Source of the DNA: an uncultured Methylomirabilota bacterium
GTDB taxonomy: Bacteria; Methylomirabilota; Methylomirabilia; Methylomirabilales; 2-02-FULL-66-22
DNA: 64,000 bases
Direction of reading: 5' to 3'
Assembly (NCBI GenBank): GCA_963845565.1
Contig: CAWJSJ010000005.1
Span: 576,001 to 640,000 of the forward strand
The notes under the pieces were generated by a model. That model saw only the letters and a program-made list of their open reading frames with translations. It was not told the DNA's origin and searched no databases. Both the position numbers and the translations under genes were made by a program. Shown here piece after piece: positions 41,210-50,065 of the stretch. Within the stretch, counting starts at the first letter, position 1. Each line of letters begins with the position of its first letter.

Positions 41210-41692
41210 ATGGCCGACCTCGGGGCGTTTCACGCGCGTGGGCGATTTGGGAAAGTGGTGCCGGTGCGGCTGCGAACCGGGACGGACGTGATGGACGGGC
41301 TCAAGCAGGTCTGCGAAGCGAACGGGATTAAACAGGGTACGCTGCTGGCAGGGATCGGGAGCCTGCGAAAGATGACGTATCAGGTGCTGACACCGAAGCC
41401 CGAGACGAAGCTCGGCGCCGGCTACACCGAACCCCAGGTGGTGCCAGGCCCCGTGGAGATCGTCAACCTTCAAGGCGTGATCTTCCAGTCGGAAGAGGGA
41501 GAAACGCTGCTCCACGTCCACGGGACCTTCTCCGATAAAGATGGGAAGGTCTACGCGGGCCACGTAGTGGCGGGAGAGAACCCGGTGCTGGCCACGCTGG
41601 ACGGCCTCATCGTCGAGGTCGCCGACGTGAGGTTGATCCGGCGGATGGACGCCGAAGTGGGTCTAGGCTTGTACACCCCCGAACAACCGTGA
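41210..41692 (+). CDS. PPC/DUF296 domain protein
   Basis: RLRTGTDV, GIGSL, EIVNLQG, HVHGTFSD, AGHV. Confidence 0.88.
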   Translation: MADLGAFHARGRFGKVVPVRLRTGTDVMDGLKQVCEANGIKQGTLLAGIGSLRKMTYQVLTPKPETKLGAGYTEPQVVPGPVEIVNLQGVIFQSEEGETLLHVHGTFSDKDGKVYAGHVVAGENPVLATLDGLIVEVADVRLIRRMDAEVGLGLYTPEQP

Positions 41693-41833
41693 GGCGTACC
41701 GGGCGACGGTGGAGGGTGCGGCCTTTCCTGTTGACACCCGTGTGTGGCATTGGGTAGCCTCCCCTCGCGTGCACCAGGGCGGCATCGCCTCTTTGCCTTA
41801 TCACGCTGCGACGACCGACGAAAGGCGGATTCC

Positions 41834-43093
41834 ATGACCAGCCGCGAGCGGGTTCGAACCACACTGGCCCATCGAGAGCCGGACCGGGTCCCCGTCGATT
41901 TCGGAAGTACCACGGTGACCGGGATGCACGCCCTCGTGGTCGAGCGGTTACGTGCACACTACGGTCTCGAACGTCACCCGGTGACGGTCCCGGTGCCCTA
42001 CAACATGCTGGGGTTGGTCGAGGAGGATCTGGCTGCGGCGATGGGCCTGGACCTCGTCGGCGTGCTCGCGCGCAACACGAACTACGGGTATCCCAACGAG
42101 AACTGGAAGGAGTTCCGGACCCCCTGGGGACAGGTGGTCCTGGTCTCGGGGCACTTCCAGTACACGACCGACGCCAACGGGGACCTGTTGACCTATCCCC
42201 AGGGGGATGTGACCGCGCCCCCCAGCGGACGGATGCCCCCCAGCAGCTTTTTCTTCGACACGATCATTCGGCAGGAGGCGATCGACGAGGACGCGCTGAA
42301 TCCCGACGATAATCTGCAGGAGTTCGGGCCGCTGTCGGACCTGGATGTCGCGCACTTCCGGGAACGCATCGCCGCGGCCGCCGCCACGGACCGCGCCGTG
42401 GTCGTGGCCATCGGGGGGACAGGCTTCGGCGACATCGCCGCGGTGCCCGCGCCGGGGCTCCCGTACCCCAAGGGGATTCGCGACATCACGGAGTGGTACG
42501 TCTCCCTGGCCACGCGGCAAGAGTACGTTGAAGCGGTCTTCACCCGGCAATGTGAGATCGCGTTGGGTCGCCTGGCGCAGCTCCACGCCGCGGTGGGGAA
42601 CGCCATTGACATCATCTACCTGTGCGGCACGGACTTCGGGACGCAGGCCTCGCGCTTCTGTTCTCTGGAAACGTTCGATCGGCTCTGGGCGCCGCACTAC
42701 CGACGGCTCAACGACTGGGTCCACACGCATACGACCTGGAAGACGATGAAGCACACCTGCGGTGCGGTGGAGTCGCTGCTGTCGCGGCTCTGCGATGTCG
42801 GCTTCGACATCTTCAACCCGGTCCAGTGCTCGGCCGCGGGGATGGAGCCCAGGACCCTGAAGCAGCGGTACGGCGACCGGCTGGTGTTCTTCGGCGGCGG
42901 GGTCAACACCCAGCAGACGCTTCCCTTCGGCACGCCCGCCGAGGTGCGGGCAGAGGTGTTGGAGCGGTGCGAGATCTTCGCCAAAGGGGGCGGCTACGTC
43001 TTCAATGCGATCCACTGCGTCCAGGCCAATACCCCCGTGCAAAACGTCGTCGCCATGGTGGACGCCGTCAAAGAGTTCAACGGGGTGAGGTAA
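41834..43093 (+). CDS. Uroporphyrinogen decarboxylase / MtaA-CmuA superfamily protein
   Basis: MTSRERV..HREPDRVPVD, DFGTQ, HTCG, NPVQ, LPFGTP, AIHCVQ. Confidence 0.85.
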   Translation: MTSRERVRTTLAHREPDRVPVDFGSTTVTGMHALVVERLRAHYGLERHPVTVPVPYNMLGLVEEDLAAAMGLDLVGVLARNTNYGYPNENWKEFRTPWGQVVLVSGHFQYTTDANGDLLTYPQGDVTAPPSGRMPPSSFFFDTIIRQEAIDEDALNPDDNLQEFGPLSDLDVAHFRERIAAAAATDRAVVVAIGGTGFGDIAAVPAPGLPYPKGIRDITEWYVSLATRQEYVEAVFTRQCEIALGRLAQLHAAVGNAIDIIYLCGTDFGTQASRFCSLETFDRLWAPHYRRLNDWVHTHTTWKTMKHTCGAVESLLSRLCDVGFDIFNPVQCSAAGMEPRTLKQRYGDRLVFFGGGVNTQQTLPFGTPAEVRAEVLERCEIFAKGGGYVFNAIHCVQANTPVQNVVAMVDAVKEFNGVR

Positions 43094-43195
43094 GCCGTTG
43101 TCAAAGAATCAGTTGAGCGGAGACATTCCGAAACGGCATAAGGAGCCGTAACGAAATAGAAAGAGATGTATAGGTTATTTCGTAACGGCTCCTAA
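43091..43195. mobile_element. Family E MITE-like element, copy 2 (inverted relative to copy 1)
   Basis: TAA-GCCGTTGTCAAAGAATC...TATTTCGTAACGGCTCC-TAA. Confidence 0.85.
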
Positions 43196-43270
43196 CGCGG
43201 GCGGCCGAGGCGGTTGCCGGCCGCGGTGGGCACGTCGGGTGTCGCCTGGCGCCGGCATGGAGGGTATCCG

Positions 43271-44290
43271 ATGGAGACCGCGAAGGCATCGATGACGGAT
43301 GCGCTTTCCCCTCAGCCGATCATGGAGCTGGCCTTCGGGTTCATGCAGAGCCGGGCGTTTCTGACGGCCTGCGAGCTGGACTTGTTCACGGTCGTGGGGG
43401 ACGGGGACACGGGGTCCGCCGAGGTCGCGCGGACGCTCGGCACCGATCCGCGGGCCACCGACCGGCTGATGAACGTCCTCGGCAGCCTGGGCTTGCTGCA
43501 GAAGGCGGCGGATCGCTTTCGGAACGGGCCCGCCGCCGCCCGGTTTCTGGTTCGTGGCGCCCCCGAGTACCTGGACGGCCTGATGCATTGGGTGCACCTC
43601 TGGGAGAGTTGGAGCACGCTCACGTCGGCGGTGCGACAGGGAAGCGCGGTCTCGGCGGTTCCCGTCGACGAACGAGGGGAACAGTGGCTGGACGCGTTCA
43701 TCGCGGCCATGCATTGGCGCGCGTGCCGTCACGCGCCGGCAGTGGTGGCCGCCCTGGACCTGACCACCGTGTCGCGGGTTCTGGATGTCGGCGGCGGCTC
43801 GGGGGCATACGCCATGGAATTCGCGCGCGCCAAGCCCGGCCTCCGCGCCGTCGTCTTCGACCTGCCGAACGTCCTGCGACTCACTGCGGGATATGTGGAA
43901 CGGGCCGGCCTCGCAGACCGGGTTGCCTTGGTGGCCGGCGATTACGATCGGGACGATCTGGGCAGCGGCTTCGACCTGGTGTTTCTCTCGGCCATCATCC
44001 ACAGCAACTCGCCCGACGGGAATCGGGCGCTGATCCGACGAGGGGTGGCTGCGTTGAACCCGACCGGCCGCCTCGCCATCCAGGATTTCATCGTGGACGA
44101 GGCGCGGACCGGGCCGCCCTTCGGCGTGCTCTTCGCCCTCAACATGCTCGTCGGCACCGCCGCGGGAGACACCTACACCGAGTCGGAGGCCGGACAGTGG
44201 ATGACCGAGGCCGGCCTCTCCGGCGTGGTGCGCACGGACACGGCGTTCGGGACGACCCTGCTCACCGGCCGGAAGGCCGGCCTCCGATAG
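43271..44290 (+). CDS. O-methyltransferase family 2 with dimerisation domain
   Basis: ACELDLF wHTH region, LDVGGGSG, VFDLP, AGDY, IIH, ALNML. Confidence 0.9.
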   Translation: METAKASMTDALSPQPIMELAFGFMQSRAFLTACELDLFTVVGDGDTGSAEVARTLGTDPRATDRLMNVLGSLGLLQKAADRFRNGPAAARFLVRGAPEYLDGLMHWVHLWESWSTLTSAVRQGSAVSAVPVDERGEQWLDAFIAAMHWRACRHAPAVVAALDLTTVSRVLDVGGGSGAYAMEFARAKPGLRAVVFDLPNVLRLTAGYVERAGLADRVALVAGDYDRDDLGSGFDLVFLSAIIHSNSPDGNRALIRRGVAALNPTGRLAIQDFIVDEARTGPPFGVLFALNMLVGTAAGDTYTESEAGQWMTEAGLSGVVRTDTAFGTTLLTGRKAGLR

Positions 44291-44342
44291 CCGACGGGCC
44301 GCTTCGGGAGCGATGTCGCCCGTCATCGGGCGCCAACAGCCA

Positions 44343-44371
44343 TTGACCGGGTGCGGCATCTGTGACATACT
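44343..44371 (+). promoter_or_regulatory. sigma70-like promoter
   Basis: TTGACC-N17-CATACT. Confidence 0.55.
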
Positions 44372-44412
44372 CCGCCACCCAAGACCTCTGACGATCGGAT
44401 GGACCCCCGAGT

Positions 44413-45114
44413 ATGTGGGACGGACTCGACAAGCTCCTCGAACTGCAAAAGTTGGATCTCGCCATCGCCAAGCTGGATGGCCAGGCGCAAGCGATCCCGC
44501 GGGCGATCGACGCGCTGGAAGGACGTTTGGCCAAGGCGCGGGAGGGGCTGGAGACGACGAGCGCGCGGGCGGACCTGCTGCAAAAAGAGCGACGCGCGAA
44601 AGAGCGCGAGTTGGACGAAGTGGCCCAGAACGCCAAGAAAAAACAAGCGCGACTGTTCGAGATCAAGACCAACGAGGAGTATACGGCGGTCTTGAAAGAG
44701 ATCGAGGCCCTCAAGGTCAAGTCGTCCACGCTCGAGACGGAAATCCTGGAACAGATGGAATCGGGTGATGTCGCGGGCAAGGCCGTGGCGGAGGCAGAGA
44801 AGGTCTTCCGCGCGGCGGAGTTCGATCTGCAGGCGGAGCGCCGGGAAAAAGAGGCCCAGCTCGCGACACTCCAGAAGGAACTCGCCACGCTCCACGCAGC
44901 GCGGACAGGGCACGCCGGTCGCCTCGAGGGCGAACTGGTGCGACACTATACGCGCTTGATGAAGAGCCGCGACGTCGCCGTGGTCCCCGTGGCGGACGGC
45001 TCCTGCCAAGGGTGCGGTATGGCGCTGACGCCTCAGACCGCCAACGAGGTCAAGCGCAACGACCGCATGTTCACCTGTCCGTCCTGCAGCCGGATCCTTT
45101 ATTTTCCCGGATAG
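44413..45114 (+). CDS. Coiled-coil C4-type zinc ribbon protein (DUF164-like)
   Basis: LLELQKLD, KTNEEY, CQGC...CPSCSRILY. Confidence 0.9.
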   Translation: MWDGLDKLLELQKLDLAIAKLDGQAQAIPRAIDALEGRLAKAREGLETTSARADLLQKERRAKERELDEVAQNAKKKQARLFEIKTNEEYTAVLKEIEALKVKSSTLETEILEQMESGDVAGKAVAEAEKVFRAAEFDLQAERREKEAQLATLQKELATLHAARTGHAGRLEGELVRHYTRLMKSRDVAVVPVADGSCQGCGMALTPQTANEVKRNDRMFTCPSCSRILYFPG

Positions 45115-45118
45115 CGGT

Positions 45119-45745
45119 GTGGATACCCCGACACTGCTGACATTCCTGCGCCGACTGGCCCACGCCCGACCCGGCCGAAACAGTCTGGACCTGCCGGGCG
45201 ATCTCTCCCCAGAGGAGGCGATCCGGGCGGTTCGGGCGGCCGTGAAGGCCCTCGACCCGACGCCGGCCGCCCAGGCCGCACCGCGACAGAGTTCCGCGGC
45301 GGTGCGTGCGCACATCGACGGAGCGTCCCGCGGCAATCCGGGGCCCGCGGGGATCGGCGTGCTGTTTCTCGGCCCGGACGGCGCCGTCGTGGAGCGGATG
45401 TCCCGCGGCATCGGGAAGGCAACGAACAACGTGGCCGAATATTCCGCCCTGCTTTTGGCCCTGGAGCGGGCAGGCAGTCTGGGGATTACGGAACTCGAGG
45501 TCTACTCCGACTCGGAGTTGCTCGTCCGGCAGCTGCTCGGGCGCTACCAGGTCAAGCACCCCGCGCTGCGGCCGCTCTACGCGGTGGCACGGGAACGGAT
45601 CGCGGGCCTCCGGCGCTTCGGAATCCACCACGTCCCACGCGAATTGAACGCCGAAGCGGATGCTCTGGCCAACCGGGGGATCGACGAAGCGGCGCGGACG
45701 GCGGGCCGGGGAACGGCCGCGCCCGATGCTGAGGATGACGGATGA
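45119..45745 (+). CDS. rnhA: Ribonuclease HI with an N-terminal extension
   Basis: DGASRGNPGPAG, TNNVAEY, SDSELLVRQ, HVPRELNAEADALAN. Confidence 0.9.
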   Translation: MDTPTLLTFLRRLAHARPGRNSLDLPGDLSPEEAIRAVRAAVKALDPTPAAQAAPRQSSAAVRAHIDGASRGNPGPAGIGVLFLGPDGAVVERMSRGIGKATNNVAEYSALLLALERAGSLGITELEVYSDSELLVRQLLGRYQVKHPALRPLYAVARERIAGLRRFGIHHVPRELNAEADALANRGIDEAARTAGRGTAAPDAEDDG

Positions 45746-46260
45746 GTCGCCCCGCGTGGCGCCCGCCGGTCAAGATCGCCGACGCCGTCTCGGCCGCCTT
45801 GCAGCGCCTCGGTCTGGAAAACCGAATCCGCCAGCACGATATCTGGCGCGTCTGGCCACTTGTGGTCGGACCGCAGATCGCTCGGCACGCCCAACCCCAC
45901 TCCGTGTGGCACGGCCGCTTGATCGTCCACGTGACGGATTCGGTGTGGCTCCACCACCTGAGCATGATGCGCCACCGGTTGCTAGCCGCACTGAACGAGA
46001 AGTGTGCACCGGTCGAGATCCGAGAGATAGTCCTCCGCATCGGCGAGGTTGCCGTCGTTCCCATGGGCCCCGGGCCCAAGGCCGATCCCCCCACCGAACC
46101 CCTCCGGGGGATCGATCCGGTCCGCGTGGCCGAGATCGATGACGTCCTCGCGTCGCTCGGAGACGTTCCTTTTCGCGATGCCCTTCGCCGACTCTGGCTC
46201 CGTGCCTCCCGGGAACCGCAGGGCCCTTCCGGACCCCCGGGGGATCCCCAGCCCAGGTAA
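45742..46260 (+). CDS. DUF721 / DciA-like protein
   Basis: W..VVGPQIARHA.P...GRLIVHV.DSVW...L...LN...I.LRIG. Confidence 0.8.
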   Translation: MSRPAWRPPVKIADAVSAALQRLGLENRIRQHDIWRVWPLVVGPQIARHAQPHSVWHGRLIVHVTDSVWLHHLSMMRHRLLAALNEKCAPVEIREIVLRIGEVAVVPMGPGPKADPPTEPLRGIDPVRVAEIDDVLASLGDVPFRDALRRLWLRASREPQGPSGPPGDPQPR

Positions 46261-46300
46261 AACCACCACAGTCAGTTGCAGCCACACCACAAAAGACACG

Positions 46301-46406
46301 CGTGAGAAAATCGCAGAATTTCACGTGAATTCTTCACGTCAAAATACCAATAGATTCAGTATTTTAGAGAATAGAAGATTTATTGAGAAATGGCCCTTGG
46401 TTTGCA
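46301..46406 (+). promoter_or_regulatory. sigma54 promoter of lpxC with an upstream palindrome and AT-rich IHF-like spacer
   Basis: ACGTGAA-TTC-TTCACGT 46323-46339; TGGCCCTTGGTTTGCA 46391-46406. Confidence 0.7.
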
Positions 46407-46474
46407 TGTTTTCACAGCGGTTTGAATGCTGACAGACTGTTTCGAAAGAGGCGGGCATCCGAAGGGAGAGTATT

Positions 46475-47401
46475 TTGAGTCACCAACGTACGCTGGATCA
46501 TTCGGTACAATGCGAAGGGATCGGGCTGCATACGGGGGAGCGCGTCGTCATGACTCTGCGCCCCGCAGCGGCCAATCGTGGGGTGGTCTTCCGGCGGATG
46601 GATCTACCCGGTACGCCCGCGATCCCGGCGCGCCCCGATTATGTCGTCGATACCCATTACGCGACCACGATCGCCAAGGACGGGGCCTCGGTCAAGACGA
46701 TCGAGCATATCATGTCCGCCCTGGCGGGAATGGGCGTGGACAACGTTCAGGTCGACCTGAACGGACCCGAAGTCCCCATCATGGACGGCAGCGCGCTGCC
46801 GTTTGTTGGGTTGTTGCGTGATGCCGGCCTCCGGCGGCAGCTCGCTCCGAAGACCTTCCTGAAGGTCCGCCAGCCCATCACGGTCGAGGTTGGGACGCGA
46901 AGCCTCCGGATCGTGCCGTCCCAGCGGCTGAAGGTGATCTATACGATGTGCTTCGATCATCCCATCCTGGGCGAGCAGACGTCGGCCATGGACGTCGGGC
47001 GCGAACGGTACGTCCGCGACGTGGCGCCGTGCCGCACGTTCGGGTTCCTGCGGGATTTGGACATGCTGCAGCGCATGGGTCTCGCCAAAGGGGGGTCGCT
47101 GGAAAACGCCGTGGTCGTCGGCGACGAAGGGGTCCTCAACGGCCCGCTCCGCTTCCCTGACGAGTTGGTCCGCCACAAGATCCTCGACCTGCTGGGCGAT
47201 CTGTTCCTGCTCGGCAAGCCGCTGGTGGGGACGATCATCGCGCAGGGGGCCGGCCATCAGCTCCACTTGCAGCTCGTACACCGGATCCAGGAGCAACTGG
47301 CGGGCGAGCCGGAGCCGCTGAGCCTTTCCGCCGCCGCGGTGGAGCAGTGGGTGTCCCCCCTCCTTCCGACCGCCTCGGGTTTGAAAGCCGCGGTTCTTTA
47401 A
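46475..47401 (+). CDS. lpxC: UDP-3-O-acyl-GlcNAc deacetylase
   Basis: QRTL, GIGLHTG, TIEHIMSAL, EVPIMDGSA, RTFGF, RHKILDLLGDL, GH. Confidence 0.97.
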   Translation: MSHQRTLDHSVQCEGIGLHTGERVVMTLRPAAANRGVVFRRMDLPGTPAIPARPDYVVDTHYATTIAKDGASVKTIEHIMSALAGMGVDNVQVDLNGPEVPIMDGSALPFVGLLRDAGLRRQLAPKTFLKVRQPITVEVGTRSLRIVPSQRLKVIYTMCFDHPILGEQTSAMDVGRERYVRDVAPCRTFGFLRDLDMLQRMGLAKGGSLENAVVVGDEGVLNGPLRFPDELVRHKILDLLGDLFLLGKPLVGTIIAQGAGHQLHLQLVHRIQEQLAGEPEPLSLSAAAVEQWVSPLLPTASGLKAAVL

Positions 47402-47625
47402 TCCGGCGGTGCCGCGTGTCCCCCGCCCATTCCGCGCGGTGATGTTTGGTCGTCGATCCCTCGCGCCGGCCCCTGGGTTTGCTCTTGCCTTCACTTCCGC
47501 CCACCCCTATACTTTCCGCGGTTTGAGACCGGGTCCCACACGGGCGGTCCCGTGTTGCGACGGGGTTCTCTCCGCCGCCTCCGGCGGCCGAGCCGGGCCA
47601 GTGTGCTGGATCGGAGGGTCGGCGT

Positions 47626-49881
47626 ATGCTTGATCCATTTTTCTCCAGCGGGACGCCATCCTCCGAGCCGGAGGATCGCGCGCGCGTCCGGCGGAATCGC
47701 CTGATCCCGGCGATCGTGCTGGTGGCCGTGGCAGGCCTGACCGCCGTGCAGGTCACGATCCAGCAGCTCCGATTCCCTTCCCCGATCGCGTCCAACGTCC
47801 TCATCTTCGCCCTGGTCAATATCAATATCGTCTTGCTGCTGCTCCTGGTCCTGCTGGTGTTTCGCAGCCTCTTCAAGGTGTATCTGGAGCGGCGCGAGAA
47901 CGTCCTGGGGTCGAAGATCCGCGTCAAGCTGGCGGTGGCGTTCGTGGGGTTGGCCTTGTTGCCGGCCGGACTGCTCTTTCTGGTGGCCAGCAACCTCATC
48001 ACCAGCAGCGTGGATTCCTGGTTCAATATCCAGGTGGAGCGCTCCCTGGAGAGCGCGCTGGACGTCGCTCAGACCTATTCGCGGTCCAGCCAGGAGGACA
48101 CCCTGAGCCAGACGCGCCAGATCGCGGCGCGCGTGGCAGAGGCTTGGGTCGCCGAGGGGGGGATCGTGGTCGCGCGCCGTGTGGCCGTCGACAAGGCGCA
48201 CGAATACGGCCTGGACAGTTTGCAGATCTTCAACCGGCAGCGCGGAGAGATGCTACGCTGGCGCGGGCCGAAGGTCCCGGAGGAGGCGTTCCTCTCTCCC
48301 GCCTCTCGATTGGTCCGGAAAGCGCTCGATGGCGAGCCCGTGGTGACGGTGCAGCTCACAGACCAGGCGGACCTGATCCGCGCGGCGGTGCCGGTCCTCC
48401 GACCCGGCGCGACGCGCGACGTGCTGGCGGTGCTGACCGCCACGGCCTGGTTGCCTGCCGCGCTCGGGAGCAAGGCCGAGGAGATTCAGGCGGGCATCAA
48501 GGAGTACCAGCAGCTTCGGATGCTCAAGAACCCGATCAAGGGTATCTACCTGATGCTGTTCCTGATGGTCACCCTGGTGATCATCTTCGGCGCGATCTGG
48601 GTCAGCGTCTATTTGGCACGCGGGATCACGGTCCCGATCCAGCAACTGGCCGAGGGAACGCGAAAAGTGGCGGCCGGCGACTTGAGCTTCCGCGTGCAGG
48701 CCAGGGCGGACGACGAGATCGGGATGTTGGTGGACTCCTTCAACAAGATGACCGGGGATTTGAGCACGAGCAAGACCGATCTCACCGAGGCCAACCGGGA
48801 GCTGCAGCGGTCGAACGTGGAGCTCGACCGGCGCCGCGACTACATGGAGACGGTGCTGGAGACGATCGCGGCGGGGGTCCTTTCGCTGGATGCCGAGGGT
48901 CGCGTCAACACGGTCAACCACGCTGCGGCACGCATGCTGGGCCGGCCGCTGGATCAGATCCTGCAGCGCCCATACGCGGAGGTGTTCGGGGGGCACGCCC
49001 TCTTGCCGCTGCACCGCCTGGTGACGCGCCTGGTCGAGGACGGCCGGGAAACCTCGGATCAGCAGGTCACCCTGACCCTGAATGGTCGGCCCGCGACCCT
49101 GATCGTGACGGTGGGGGGCCTCCCGGGCCCGAAGGGCGAGCGGCGGGGTCTGGTGGTGGTTCTGGACGACATCTCCGAGGCCATTCGCGCCCAGCAGGCC
49201 ATGACCTGGCGGGAAGTGGCCCGCCGCATCGCGCACGAAATCAAAAACCCGCTCACGCCAATCCAGTTGTCCGCGCAGCGGCTGCGGAAGAAGTTCGCCG
49301 AGAAGGCACCGGACGCCGCGGCCGTCCTGGACGAGTGCACGCGCACCATCATCCAGGAGGTGGAGGGGCTCCGGAACATGGTGGACGAATTCTCGCGTTA
49401 CGCCCGGATGCCCAGCCCCCGACCGCGTCCGGGCGATCTCCACCAGATCGTGCACCAGGTCGCGCAGCTCTACGCGGGTATCCGGCAGGGCATCGCCCTG
49501 CGAACGACTCTGGACCCGACGGTGCCGTCGTTGAACCTGGACCCGGAGCAGATGCGGCGTGTCCTCATCAACCTCGTCGACAATGCCGTCGCCGCCCTCG
49601 GAGAGGAGACGGGAGAGATCGTCATCTCCACGCGCTACCTGTCGGCGGACGGACGGGTCCAGCTGGAGATCGCCGACACCGGTCCCGGCTTTCCGCCGGA
49701 GGACCGCGATCGCGCCTTCCTTCCGTACTATTCCACAAAACGCTCCTCCGGCGGGCTGGGCCTGGCCATCGTCAACCGGGTCATCGTGGAACACGGCGGG
49801 GAGATTCGGATCGAGGACAACACCCCCCGCGGGGCTCGCCTGGTCATCACCCTTCCGGTGGTGGCGTCGGCGCCGGCTTGA
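47626..49881 (+). CDS. NtrY-like membrane histidine kinase (HAMP-PAS-HisKA-HATPase)
   Basis: SVDSWF, DEIGMLVDSFNKM, WREVARRIAHEIKNPLTPIQLSA, NLVDNA, GLGL. Confidence 0.92.
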   Translation: MLDPFFSSGTPSSEPEDRARVRRNRLIPAIVLVAVAGLTAVQVTIQQLRFPSPIASNVLIFALVNINIVLLLLLVLLVFRSLFKVYLERRENVLGSKIRVKLAVAFVGLALLPAGLLFLVASNLITSSVDSWFNIQVERSLESALDVAQTYSRSSQEDTLSQTRQIAARVAEAWVAEGGIVVARRVAVDKAHEYGLDSLQIFNRQRGEMLRWRGPKVPEEAFLSPASRLVRKALDGEPVVTVQLTDQADLIRAAVPVLRPGATRDVLAVLTATAWLPAALGSKAEEIQAGIKEYQQLRMLKNPIKGIYLMLFLMVTLVIIFGAIWVSVYLARGITVPIQQLAEGTRKVAAGDLSFRVQARADDEIGMLVDSFNKMTGDLSTSKTDLTEANRELQRSNVELDRRRDYMETVLETIAAGVLSLDAEGRVNTVNHAAARMLGRPLDQILQRPYAEVFGGHALLPLHRLVTRLVEDGRETSDQQVTLTLNGRPATLIVTVGGLPGPKGERRGLVVVLDDISEAIRAQQAMTWREVARRIAHEIKNPLTPIQLSAQRLRKKFAEKAPDAAAVLDECTRTIIQEVEGLRNMVDEFSRYARMPSPRPRPGDLHQIVHQVAQLYAGIRQGIALRTTLDPTVPSLNLDPEQMRRVLINLVDNAVAALGEETGEIVISTRYLSADGRVQLEIADTGPGFPPEDRDRAFLPYYSTKRSSGGLGLAIVNRVIVEHGGEIRIEDNTPRGARLVITLPVVASAPA

Positions 49882-49890
49882 GGCGGGGAT

Positions 49891-50038
49891 CGGGCGACTG
49901 GGCAATTGGGCGATTCGGCAATCAGGCAACCGGGCAATTGGGCGGGAAAAGCGAGGCCGGGTCCGGGCCGTACCAAGTTGCCAAGTCGCTGAGTCGCCGA
50001 ATTGCCCAGTTGCCAGGTTGCCCGATTGCCGAATCGCC
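49891..50038. repeat. Family B hairpin element between the kinase and the regulator
   Basis: ggcgactg ggcaattg ggcgattc ggcaatca ggcaaccg ggcaattg...aattgccc agttgcca ggttgccc gattgccg. Confidence 0.8.
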
Positions 50039-50065
50039 TGAGGGTGCGTTGACCGAAAGAGAGAC

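Noticed and set aside
45746..46470. RNase P RNA (rnpB), often found near the Zn-ribbon/rnhA genes
   Set aside because: No GAGGAAAGTCC or other rnpB signature was seen; the space holds DUF721 and the lpxC promoter.
17026..50038. Repeat families as CRISPR arrays
   Set aside because: There is no regular repeat-spacer periodicity, the units are 7-8 nt tandem or dispersed single copies, and no cas genes are present.
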